From a virus (Duplodnaviria > Heunggongvirae > Uroviricota > Caudoviricetes): a DNA stretch of 55,726 nt. Below the pieces are notes generated by a model. That model had not been told where the DNA came from and searched no databases. It worked only from the letters and a program-made list of their open reading frames with translations. Position numbers and translations under genes: made by a program. The stretch is from the IMG/VR virus record IMGVR_UViG_2916199983_000001; one strand, given 5' to 3'. This document shows positions 19,098 to 28,101 of this stretch, piece after piece (position 1 is the first letter of the stretch; each line of letters begins with the position of its first letter).

Positions 19098-20657
19098 ATG
19101 ACAGTTCGGATTGTATCGAATGCAGTCAATGCGCTGATTTCTGGCGCTGATGACAACGTGAAACGGCTCGTTCAGGAGATGTTGAGCTATGAAGTGGAGG
19201 CTGGTGACTGGAAAGGAACCAGCACGATGTTCAACTGGAGCAAAAACGCGTTCCCGGCTGGGTTTGCGAAGCCAGTTGCAGCCAACCTTCTGAAAGCTGG
19301 CATCAAATGCGTGCATGTGCGCAAGGAAAAAGCCCCCGCGCTTGGCAAGCCGAACCCGGTAGTTAACCCATTCCCGTATAACCCGGACTATGCGTATCAG
19401 GATCAGACTGTGGAAACACTGGTGCGAGAAGGGATGATGATTGCCCAGATTGCGACGGGTGGCGGTAAATCGAACGTAGCGTGTAAGGCAGCTGCTCGCA
19501 TTGGTCGTATGACGCTGTTTTTAACCACGCGCTCGGTTCTGATGTTCCAGATGGCAGAGAACTTCCAGAAATCCATCGACTACCGCGCGGAGAATGGCGA
19601 GCCGTGGCTGAAAGGTCAGAAAGTTGGGGTGATTGGATCTGGTGAGTTCCAGGTCTCGCGCCATATCAACGTTGCCACGGTGCAGACCCTGGCCAGTTTT
19701 CTCGAAGAGCCACCGCGCGACGCATCACCGGAGAAAAAACAGTACCACCTGAAGCGCCGGGAACTGGTTAAGCGCTTTCTGTCCAGCGTTTCTCTGCTGA
19801 TTCTGGAAGAGGCACACGAATCATCTGGTTCAAACTTCTACGATATCGCCCGGTTGTGCATCAATGCCGATTACCGTCTGGCGCTGACAGCTACGCCGTT
19901 CATGAAGGACTCGACCGAAGCAAATATGCGTCTCATGGCCGTTGCCGGTCGCATTGAGATAAAGGTAACGGAGAAATATTTGATCGATCGAGGTATTTTA
20001 GCGAAACCATACTTTCTATATCATAAAATCGCGTACACTCCAGACGAGGTGCGGATTAGGGCCGAACTTGCTTCGAAACACCTGAACTTTCGGGTTGGAA
20101 TGAGTACGGCTTACCAGAAAGCCTATCAGTTAGGCATCGTTTACAATCTGGGCCGCAACGAGGCTATTGTGCGCGAAGCGTTAATGTACAAAAGTCACGG
20201 TCTGAACTGTATGACGCTGGTTCGTTTGAAGCGTCATGGTCAGATTTTGATGGAAATGATGAAGGAAAGCGGCCTGAAGGTCGATTTCATCTACGGAGAA
20301 TCAAACCAGACTACCCGACAAGCAAAGCTCAACAGTCTGGCGGCAGGCAAGATAGATGTTCTGATTGGTTCAACCATTCTGGATGTTGGTGTCGACGTTC
20401 CAAGCGTAGGGGCGGTGATTCTGGGTGGTGGCGGCAAAGCCGAAGTTGAGATGCGCCAACGTGTTGGTCGCGGTCTTCGAGCCAAAAAGAATCAGGCTAA
20501 CGTGTGCTTTATTACCGACTTTATCGACGTGAGCAACAAATATCTCATGTCGCATTCATATGAGCGGAAGCACATTATCGATACGACGCCTGGGTTTGCC
20601 GAGAGCGTTTTGCCGGTGGGTAGCACATTCGATTTCACTGTTTTGAATAGAGAGTAA
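19098..20657 (+). CDS. SF2 DEAD/DEAH-like helicase
   Basis: ATGGGKS Walker A, LEEAH motif II, LTATP motif III, QRVGRGLR motif VI. Confidence 0.92.
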   Translation: MTVRIVSNAVNALISGADDNVKRLVQEMLSYEVEAGDWKGTSTMFNWSKNAFPAGFAKPVAANLLKAGIKCVHVRKEKAPALGKPNPVVNPFPYNPDYAYQDQTVETLVREGMMIAQIATGGGKSNVACKAAARIGRMTLFLTTRSVLMFQMAENFQKSIDYRAENGEPWLKGQKVGVIGSGEFQVSRHINVATVQTLASFLEEPPRDASPEKKQYHLKRRELVKRFLSSVSLLILEEAHESSGSNFYDIARLCINADYRLALTATPFMKDSTEANMRLMAVAGRIEIKVTEKYLIDRGILAKPYFLYHKIAYTPDEVRIRAELASKHLNFRVGMSTAYQKAYQLGIVYNLGRNEAIVREALMYKSHGLNCMTLVRLKRHGQILMEMMKESGLKVDFIYGESNQTTRQAKLNSLAAGKIDVLIGSTILDVGVDVPSVGAVILGGGGKAEVEMRQRVGRGLRAKKNQANVCFITDFIDVSNKYLMSHSYERKHIIDTTPGFAESVLPVGSTFDFTVLNRE

Positions 20658-20659
20658 GC

Positions 20660-20938
20660 ATGAGCGAGAAACGCGCTATACACTGCCAGGTTCAGTTAAC
20701 CGAAAAAGCAAACGACAAGCTGGAAACCTTTCAGAATCGACTGCGTGAACGCAATATTAAGCTGTCAAAGGCAGACATCATCAATCTGGTGCTGTCCAAC
20801 ATGACGATGGCTGATTTTGATAAGGCAGCTACGTCATTAGAGGCTTCTGCAAAGGCCCGTGAAAAGGTCATGAAGATTTACGAATCCTCTGGCATGACCA
20901 AAGAAGATCTGGCCGATATTCTCAAACGTCTCGATTAA
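20660..20938 (+). CDS. Small protein, possible ribbon-helix-helix regulator
   Basis: CQVQLTEKANDKL...LSKADIINLVL fits the RHH strand-helix-helix pattern. Confidence 0.55.
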   Translation: MSEKRAIHCQVQLTEKANDKLETFQNRLRERNIKLSKADIINLVLSNMTMADFDKAATSLEASAKAREKVMKIYESSGMTKEDLADILKRLD

Positions 20939-20944
20939 GCATTA

Positions 20945-20964
20945 AGGGCGTCGCAAGACGCCTT
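20945..20964 (+). terminator. Terminator-like hairpin
   Basis: AGGGCGTC-GCAA-GACGCCTT after the RHH gene, short T-rich tail. Confidence 0.5.
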
Positions 20965-20996
20965 GTTCGTTGAGTGATAAGGATTTAGTTCAAGCC

Positions 20997-21419
20997 ATGA
21001 AACACGTTCTACTTCCACTGATTACCATCCCCGTTTTACTCCTGAGTGCATGTTCATCCCGCCCTGTGTCTGTAGCTGATGCAAAACCGGCTCCGCAGGC
21101 CAGAGTTTTCAAATACCAGACGTCTGCACCAACCACGCTGGTGGTTATGAGGGACAAAGGTATGATAGGTGCGGGCTGTGACGCATCCATCTTCATCAAT
21201 GGTGAGACGGTTGCGAAACTTGAGACCGGTGAAAAAGCGACGTTCCATCTTGATGCCGGGCAATGGATTGTTGGCGCTTCACTGGAAGGCGCCGGGCTGT
21301 GCGCACTGAACCCTGCTCGTCAGGAACGCGAGACCTTCACCAAAGCTGGCGAGACGAAAGTCTTCCGGGTGTTCACCAGCAACGCAGGTGACATCGATAT
21401 CCTACCAACGACACTGTGA
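20997..21419 (+). CDS. Lipoprotein
   Basis: MKH + hydrophobic stretch + lipobox LLSAC. Confidence 0.8.
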   Translation: MKHVLLPLITIPVLLLSACSSRPVSVADAKPAPQARVFKYQTSAPTTLVVMRDKGMIGAGCDASIFINGETVAKLETGEKATFHLDAGQWIVGASLEGAGLCALNPARQERETFTKAGETKVFRVFTSNAGDIDILPTTL

Positions 21420-21423
21420 CGAT

Positions 21424-21951
21424 ATGACGAATATTACTGACATCACCTACGGGATTCCTGCAGAAGTCTGGCCGCGCGATTACACCAACGTGGAGAAGGC
21501 GCTGATGTTCTGGCGTAAGTCTCTCATTCCTGTAAGGGTCACGATGGAAGATGGTCAGGTGTTCTGCATGTACGTTCAGGGTCTCATGTCGTCGCGCAAC
21601 AAAGTCGATCTTTGCCCTGCCCCGTTCGACAAAGAAAATCGTATAAGGCTCCCACTTGAGCGAATCAGTACGATTGAATCAGGTGTGACAGAAAGCATTG
21701 CGCACGATTTCACGGGTCGGACAACGGTACACCCAGACTATGTGGACAATCGGCCATCTCGCCGTGATTTCTTCAAAATTTGTCGCCAGGCTCATGAGAT
21801 GCAGAAGTCTATAAGGGTCTACATGGCGGATGGCCGTGAAATTGAGGGTGTGTCTTCAGGCGTTGACGCTTGCCAGGTCACGCTCAACATGGGGGACGGT
21901 CGGAAGACAGTCGTCATGTTCGATTGGGTCGAACGGATTTTACCGTTTTAA
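21424..21951 (+). CDS. Hypothetical protein with two Sm-like/SH3-like beta-barrel repeats
   Basis: Internal repeat VRVTMEDGQVF...LERISTIE / IRVYMADGREI...VERILPF. Confidence 0.55.
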   Translation: MTNITDITYGIPAEVWPRDYTNVEKALMFWRKSLIPVRVTMEDGQVFCMYVQGLMSSRNKVDLCPAPFDKENRIRLPLERISTIESGVTESIAHDFTGRTTVHPDYVDNRPSRRDFFKICRQAHEMQKSIRVYMADGREIEGVSSGVDACQVTLNMGDGRKTVVMFDWVERILPF

Positions 21952-21963
21952 ATCTATAAGGGT

Positions 21964-21987
21964 AATAACCGGCTAAGTCCGGTTATT
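21964..21987 (+). terminator. Intrinsic terminator
   Basis: AATAACCGG-6nt-CCGGTTATT followed by ATTTT. Confidence 0.65.
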
Positions 21988-22168
21988 ATTTTATGTGTCA
22001 CTTCCCGTTATATTTATTTCCCCTAATCCCTATTCCACTTTAAATATATAAGGGTGAATGACCGAATAGGGAATTTATTTAGGCAACACCTTCGAGAAAA
22101 CGCGATTTATTTCTAAGACTTTGATTTTTGTTGAAGAAAATTTTTTTTCGTTCCCGTGTAAAAAACTC

Positions 22169-22196
22169 TTGATTTTAATTTCTGTATATCGATAAT
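22169..22196 (+). promoter_or_regulatory. Sigma70 promoter with AT-rich upstream element
   Basis: TTGATT-16nt-GATAAT with upstream A/T tracts, before ORF 22275. Confidence 0.55.
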
Positions 22197-22274
22197 TAGT
22201 CACATCGAAAGCGAACACGCTAACGATAAACAAATAACAAATTAAGTTATCAATATTACATAAGGATTAATATC

Positions 22275-22925
22275 ATGTCTAACGTTGCTATCTCTAAAAA
22301 ATCCATCATCGACGCTGCTGTAGTTATCGCTAATGAATTACAAGTTGCAGCCAATAATGCTACTCAGACTTATAACAATCATTATCAGAATGGTACGCAC
22401 ACAAAAGCAGATAAAGCTAACATGCTTGCAGCGACTACCAAACTTGCATACTTCACCAACAACGTTTTAAACGCTGTTAATGATGAGAAATTAGCTGGTG
22501 TCTTTTACTACGCGATTAAAGCAAGCAAACAAGCGCCAGAAGTGTTTTTCCGCGAAGCTATGACCAATAGCTATTCACTCGAAAAATTGGTTTATCTGGT
22601 TAAATCTATCAAGTCTGGTAAATGCGTTTATTCCGTCGCTGATATGTCCGGATCTCGCGTATTCGCATTAATCGAAATGATTAATGATGAATTAGAAACA
22701 TTCACAAATGGCGCTGTTTTCGATTTGATGAATGAAGCGAAAAAAGCCAACGAAATTAAATTGGACGCTGGCTACACTCAAGCCAACCAGCTGATCAATC
22801 TTTGCGAGCGTCTCGGACTGGTCGAGAAGATCAAAGGAATGGGCGCAGCGAAAAACGGATCGCAACAATATCGCTTTATCAAGAATGATTTTTATAACTA
22901 TCTGGCTGATGCTTTCAAAGCGTAA
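22275..22925 (+). CDS. Hypothetical protein, C-terminal wHTH-like segment
   Basis: 216 aa ORF with AAGGA RBS, AT-rich codon use. Confidence 0.8.
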   Translation: MSNVAISKKSIIDAAVVIANELQVAANNATQTYNNHYQNGTHTKADKANMLAATTKLAYFTNNVLNAVNDEKLAGVFYYAIKASKQAPEVFFREAMTNSYSLEKLVYLVKSIKSGKCVYSVADMSGSRVFALIEMINDELETFTNGAVFDLMNEAKKANEIKLDAGYTQANQLINLCERLGLVEKIKGMGAAKNGSQQYRFIKNDFYNYLADAFKA

Positions 22926-22975
22926 TTAGATGGATATAGCGCCCACTATGGGCGCTAGTTTTAAGGATAAAAATC

Positions 22976-23179
22976 ATGATTAGTTATGACCAGATCCGCG
23001 CGGAGTATCGCGCAAAATATCGCGCTTATAAACTTGAATTAATCGACGACTTAAAAGCGCAACGTGACAAATTAAATTTTACGTTTTCTGATTTGCTTAA
23101 CAGCAAAAGAGACTGTAAACGCAAACGTGAATATTTGCGCTTGTCTGAAATGATCGGAAAACTACAAAACAGCATTTAA
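22976..23179 (+). CDS. Hypothetical basic protein
   Basis: 67 aa ORF with AAGGA RBS, flanked by twin hairpins. Confidence 0.7.
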   Translation: MISYDQIRAEYRAKYRAYKLELIDDLKAQRDKLNFTFSDLLNSKRDCKRKREYLRLSEMIGKLQNSI

Positions 23180-23184
23180 GCAAT

Positions 23185-23380
23185 AGCGCCCATAGTGGGC
23201 GCTTTTTTCGTTTCAAGATCCGCACACCATAACGCGCCATTGTTGGCGCGTTTTTTATTGTCTGAAGTCAGCCAAAACAGACCCAAAATAAGCGCCATAA
23301 ACGCGCCAATTTAACGCGTTTTTATGTGTGGTGGTACATGCCCATTACCCACAATAAAAAACACGTTATAGCGCGTTTTA
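23185..23380 (+). terminator. Four tandem terminator-like hairpins
   Basis: AGCGCCCA/TGGGCGCT+T-tract (23185), AACGCGCCA/TGGCGCGTT (23231-23252), AAACGCG/CGCGTTT (23299-23321), imperfect fourth near 23357-23379. Confidence 0.6.
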
Positions 23381-23824
23381 CAGCGTTTTAGCGCGTGGCT
23401 TATTTTTTCGTGTCGTGGGCGTGATCGTCTGGCGATATCTGGCGACGTGATCCGCGCTATCCTTCGGGACGTGTCGGCAATATTGGCATGATCCGTGGGC
23501 GCTCGCGTATCATTGGCACGTTGGCGTGACGTGTACGCGCTTGCAGTGGTTTACCCACGGATTCACATAATCACATAGCGAAAGCTATCTGGATGGCTCA
23601 GGGGCTGAAACCCCACCAGCGCTACCCCAGCGCCCCTGCGATATTTTCTGGCAGGATTCTGGGCTTCTCCCGCTCTGTTTTCTACATAAAGGCAAACCCA
23701 GCCGTTTCCCGAAAATTCCCTGGCCGTTTCCCTTCGGTTCCCCGGACAGCCCTCTGGCCGTTTCTGAATATCCCTGCGGCAGCTGGTGGACGAAAAGAAA
23801 GGGGCGTTTCCAGCCCCTCCCCTC

Positions 23825-24307
23825 TTACTTGCCAGCCAGGATGTGAATGCGGTTCTTTCCGTACACCTCTTTCACGTAGTCCCCGCACGAGATACTCCAC
23901 GAGTCGATTCCTGCTTCATAGATGACGTTTTTGCACTTGATGGCGTTGTTGGCGATGCGCATTCCCTCCCCCACTGCTTCCTGTTCGCTGAAGTCGAACC
24001 CGGATTCTGTTTTAACCCATAGCGCGATCTGCGTGGCGAACTCGATGAGTTTTGACTGGCAGAAGCGACCGCTGCGTACCGGGAAGATGAATACGCCAAA
24101 TCCCGAGGTGGAGACATACGCTTTCTCAAATACGCGCTTATGGCGACGGTTGCAGATAATGTCATTGGTGATCTGCTGTTTCTCTTTCCCGGACAGCTCG
24201 ATGGCTACATTGTCACGCCAGGCGCCCAGCACGCTTTTCTCGTTATCAGAGAACGTCACAGAAATATGGCCATGCGCAGGGGTGTTAACAGTAGCGATAA
24301 AATTCAT
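23825..24307 (-). CDS. Hypothetical protein
   Basis: 160 aa ORF with AGGA RBS behind a repeated promoter cassette. Confidence 0.75.
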   Translation of the reverse strand: MNFIATVNTPAHGHISVTFSDNEKSVLGAWRDNVAIELSGKEKQQITNDIICNRRHKRVFEKAYVSTSGFGVFIFPVRSGRFCQSKLIEFATQIALWVKTESGFDFSEQEAVGEGMRIANNAIKCKNVIYEAGIDSWSISCGDYVKEVYGKNRIHILAGK

Positions 24308-24321
24308 ATCATCAATCCTTT

Positions 24322-24355
24322 AAACAACTTGTTTTCTTGTTGGTTTAATTATCGC
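24322..24355 (-). promoter_or_regulatory. Repeated promoter/operator cassette (GATAAT + AAACAA-N-TTGTTT); also at 24814, 25769, 26359, 29315, 33194, 33918, 46576
   Basis: Near-identical ~33-bp AAACAACTTGTTTTCTTGTTGGTGTWATTATC blocks just upstream of RBSs of leftward genes. Confidence 0.8.
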
Positions 24356-24512
24356 TACGCGCATAAGGTGTCCAAGCGTTCTGTTCCGGCAGCTGGTGGC
24401 CGGCAGGGAGTCGGAGAGTTGTTCGGTAGCCTGGCGGCAAGAGGTGGGTGTTTTTAGCCTGCGGGAAACAGGATGGTCATTTAAGGCCACCAGCGTGGGT
24501 GGCCTCGTTCTC

Positions 24513-24794
24513 TTAGTGGAGCAAACCGACGTCGATGGTATCGCCGGAGCCATCCACGCGGATCATCAGCATGGCGAAGGCATTTAGTGGGTAGCCTGCG
24601 TGCCAGTCCGGGAAGCGGTCATCGCGCATGAAGTCGGCAATGTCATAAACGCTGTCCTCAAAGCGGAAGAAACGGGCATCACATTGTTCGTCCTGTTCAA
24701 CGTGATCCATTTCCTGCTGCTCTTCCGGCGACAGGTCGAGCCAGGATTCCAGCCATACGTTTTCAGCTTTAGGGGAGATGGTGAAATCGGTCAT
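24513..24794 (-). CDS. Hypothetical acidic protein
   Basis: ORF behind cassette 24814; GGAGG RBS fits ATG at 24794. Confidence 0.7.
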   Translation of the reverse strand: MTDFTISPKAENVWLESWLDLSPEEQQEMDHVEQDEQCDARFFRFEDSVYDIADFMRDDRFPDWHAGYPLNAFAMLMIRVDGSGDTIDVGLLH

Positions 24795-24920
24795 GTGCAT
24801 ATCCTCCATGCGTAAACATCTTGTTTTCTTGTTGGTGTAATTATCGCAATGTGGATAAGGCAAAAAACATTTTGTTATCGGGAATAAGAAAATGGCGCGG
24901 GGTACGCGCCATTGGAGGGA

Positions 24921-25316
24921 TTAAGCGAATACGCTTTCCGGGATGTAGTTTTCAACCGGTTCGTTGGACACGATGCGCAGACCGTATTGTCCAAGCCAGG
25001 TGTTGCTCGGGTTCAAGTAGGAGGTGTACAGCTCGTCTGCTTTCACCATCATCTTCTCAAACATCTCTTTGTTTACGCCGCGGAAATACGTTTCCAGTTT
25101 CAGCAGCATTGGTTCGGATGCGTTGCTGATGCTCTGGAAGCCTACGGTGTACACCCCATCCTCTTCTGTCCCGGTGCGGATCAGGGTGGTGGTGAGCACT
25201 TCAGTCCCGTTCGTGCTGTCACGCAGAATAGCGGTCAGTTTTGCAACTTTTCCGCCTGAGGTTGTTTCTGACGCATAGTACAAATCAAGAACCAGGTTTT
25301 CACGAATTACAGTCAT
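24921..25316 (-). CDS. Hypothetical protein
   Basis: ORF with GGAG RBS, preceded by an 18-bp palindrome at 25357. Confidence 0.7.
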   Translation of the reverse strand: MTVIRENLVLDLYYASETTSGGKVAKLTAILRDSTNGTEVLTTTLIRTGTEEDGVYTVGFQSISNASEPMLLKLETYFRGVNKEMFEKMMVKADELYTSYLNPSNTWLGQYGLRIVSNEPVENYIPESVFA

Positions 25317-25444
25317 TTTTGGTCTCCCTGTTGTTGACCTGATTATATTATTGTCGTAGGTAAGCACTTACAATACAGGTAAGCAAAAAAGCCCCGAAGG
25401 ATGGACGGGGCTGTCGTAGGGACGACTAATCGCTTTTGCACATG

Positions 25445-25756
25445 TCAGGCTGTCGCCAGGAGAGAGGCACGCTGGATTTCTTGCTGGGCTACTTTGTTCG
25501 CTTCCAGTAGCGCCTGTTCCAGCTCTCCTTCCGGCCAGATGATCTGTTTTGCCATCCACCCTCTTCCACTCTGGCGACGCACACTCATTACGTAACGCGT
25601 GCGGGAACCATTGTCGAACGAGACCAGCGTCTCTTTGAACAGGCGAATAGCAGTGCCGTTGGCGATGATATCGAGCAGGGTCAGCTGGCTCATTACGGTT
25701 GGTTTTTCTTTACGTGGCTGGCCCGCGCTCAGTTTGGTGATCATCGCGTTTTTCAT
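25445..25756 (-). CDS. Hypothetical protein
   Basis: 103 aa ORF with GGAG RBS behind cassette 25769; terminator AGCCCCG/CGGGGCT near 25390-25412. Confidence 0.7.
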   Translation of the reverse strand: MKNAMITKLSAGQPRKEKPTVMSQLTLLDIIANGTAIRLFKETLVSFDNGSRTRYVMSVRRQSGRGWMAKQIIWPEGELEQALLEANKVAQQEIQRASLLATA

Positions 25757-25896
25757 AATTCACTCCGTAAACAACTTGTTTTCTTGTTGGTGTAAATAAT
25801 ACCAGCGAGAAAACGGCTACAAAGCATAGCGTTACGGTGCTGCGCTGCCCCGGAGGTTGCAAACAGCAAAAAGCCACCGTGCTGGTGGTCTCACTC

Positions 25897-26115
25897 TTAA
25901 TCTTCGTCGTCCGGGAACTCGATGTGTACCGCGTCCACCAGCTCCCGCTGTTCATCTTCACTGAGCAGATGCCAGATATCCTTCCCTTTGGGTGATTCCC
26001 CTTCAGCCGGGACGAACGACCACAACTTGCGGTACAACTCCGGCCCCACAGCATCCAGGCACTCAGCCAAGGAATCCTCGCTCCACACCTCAACCATCAC
26101 AGGCATCTTAATCAT
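25897..26115 (-). CDS. Hypothetical protein
   Basis: MIKMPVMVEVW...; follows ORF 26126-26341. Confidence 0.6.
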   Translation of the reverse strand: MIKMPVMVEVWSEDSLAECLDAVGPELYRKLWSFVPAEGESPKGKDIWHLLSEDEQRELVDAVHIEFPDDED

Positions 26116-26125
26116 CTCTTCACCC

Positions 26126-26341
26126 TCACTTCGTTTCTGACGTCGTGCAGTTCCACGCGACGGACATTGGGTTGTCCTCGATATGGAAATCAAACGTCCC
26201 TTCTCTATATCCTTCAGAGATGAGCGTCGCCACGCGACCAGCAACATCCTGGGAACGGATAACGTCATCGAGGGAGATCTCACACTCGGAGGACTCTTCC
26301 TCGCCACAGAGGGTGATGCTGATATTCAGATGCTTGTACAT
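26126..26341 (-). CDS. Hypothetical acidic protein
   Basis: 71 aa with AGGAG RBS behind cassette 26359. Confidence 0.7.
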   Translation of the reverse strand: MYKHLNISITLCGEEESSECEISLDDVIRSQDVAGRVATLISEGYREGTFDFHIEDNPMSVAWNCTTSETK

Positions 26342-26486
26342 GTGTTTCTCCTTTGTCTAAACACGTTGTTTTCTTGTTGGTGTTATTATCGCAATAAGAA
26401 AACGGGGAAAAAGAATTCCTTAAAGGCTGATGTGCTTGTGCCGATTTATTGCTATGTATGTATCTGGCTAACTCAGAGGGAATGTG

Positions 26487-26729
26487 ATGAGCACTAAAGA
26501 CTACACAGACGGGTACTTCAGCATCGACGCCGAGAGAGGCGAGTTGCTACATGGCGGCATCACTGTCGGACGCGTCATTTTGGTTAACGGTCAGATTTAC
26601 ACAGAGCTGGACGATACCAGTTCAAGCGCACCTGTCGTCTCCGGCCCCTTCGGGACAAGAGAAGAGGCGCTCGATGATTTGTGGGACAACAGGGACGATG
26701 CGAATCAGGGCAGTGAGATTTTCGAATAA
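26487..26729 (+). CDS. Hypothetical protein
   Basis: GAGGG RBS, protein-like composition. Confidence 0.6.
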   Translation: MSTKDYTDGYFSIDAERGELLHGGITVGRVILVNGQIYTELDDTSSSAPVVSGPFGTREEALDDLWDNRDDANQGSEIFE

Positions 26730-27179
26730 ACGTCCTCGGCGATTTCACCACCAAAACCCGTAACCCTTTACACTAGATCTGGCTTCCCGATATGAGCGTG
26801 CGAAGCTGATCTGGTCTCAATGCTCAACTGCGGGATTCACCAATTCCCGCACTATTCAGGTGAATGAGGAAAAGGCATACTCCCGCAGCCGTCCCTCGCT
26901 CTGAACTGGGATGTACCCGTTTCCCGACCGGCAGCCAGCCTTTTCCCTGCGGCGATGCCCCCGTTCCTGAAAAGGAACATGGCCTTTTCCCTAGATGGCC
27001 CGAAGGCTGACCGAAGGGGTGGATAGGGACGTTACGGGGGATGAAAACTATGGCTTGAATTTCTACGGAGAAAGTAGCGATACCCCTCTTCCCCTTCCCA
27101 CTTATACCTCCAGTTAAATCTCTACGGATTTTCTCTCCTGTGGACGTGTAAACCTTCCCCCTGATAACGCTCTATACGG

Positions 27180-27900
27180 CGAGTATTCCTTTGGGTGAAA
27201 TGGGTGGTTTGTTCTCTCTACCGGCGTATGTGGTTTCGTTGTTCTTGAGGTGGTTCTTCTCTGTGTTTTCGTCTGGGTTGTTCTCGTCGTTTTGGTGAGT
27301 GTTCTTCTCCGTGTATAGAGTAATGGCATGTGCGCTTCTCTCTTCGTTTACGTGAAGAGATGGAAGTGTGGGTAATGGCAGTAGGGCGCTTTTGTTGTTC
27401 TCCGCATATGAAGTAATGGCGTTCCCTGCTATTCAGGAATTTGCGCTCCCTTTCGGGGTAATGGTGGGTAAACGAGATTGCGACGGTTCCTGTTCTGGTC
27501 TGGGTTTGTCCGGGGTTTCGTTCTGGCTGTTCTTCTCCGTGTATTGGGTAATGGCGTGTAGGGGTTTGCGTGCGCGAGCTGCGTTCTCGGTTGCCTGGGG
27601 AGATTAGGTGGGTGGTCTGTAGCCTGGGGCAAAGAGGTGGGTCTTTTCGGTAGCCTGACAGGAAGAGGTGGGTGTTTCCGGGATTGTGGGTAATGGCGTC
27701 TCTGGTTTTCCTGTGGGTGTGGTTAACTTGTTTTCTTGTGCCTGAAAACAACTTGTTTAGATGTCCAATATAACGCAACGGGAGCGCTTCTGAGCGTGTC
27801 TGTTTTTGGGTGGTATCACGAGTCGTTTTTGACGTTTTGGTCGCAGGGAGATGGATTCTGGTGCGTAGGATTTTGGGTATAAGAGATGGCTTGCGAAAAC
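27180..27900 (+). repeat. Non-coding G/T-skewed tract with direct repeats
   Basis: 27-mer GTTCTTCTCCGTGTAT-N3-GTAATGGC-like copies at 27301, 27394, 27529; TAGCCTG-N6-AGAGGTGGGT at 27620 and 27651. Confidence 0.75.
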
Positions 27901-28101
27901 GTCAACTTTTTAGACCAAATCAAGGGAAAGCGTTGACTTTTCGTTGATGTGTTATTTATTTGTTTTCTTATGGGTGTAATTGGCTTAAATGCCTTGTCAC
28001 GCCTGGGCTGGGGCAGGTTGGAGGGGTGGGGAAAGTGGCGATCAACGGACTCTTATAGAAATCCTCAATTTGTGACCGCCAATGTCAACGAGTTGCAGCC
28101 G

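Noticed and set aside
26760-26920. tRNA gene
   Set aside because: One clear hairpin but no cloverleaf, T-loop GTTC consensus or CCA end
27218-27778. 186 aa ORF and neighbouring ORFs in the skewed tract
   Set aside because: Arg/Thr/His/Pro-biased translation is an artefact of G/T skew; no RBS
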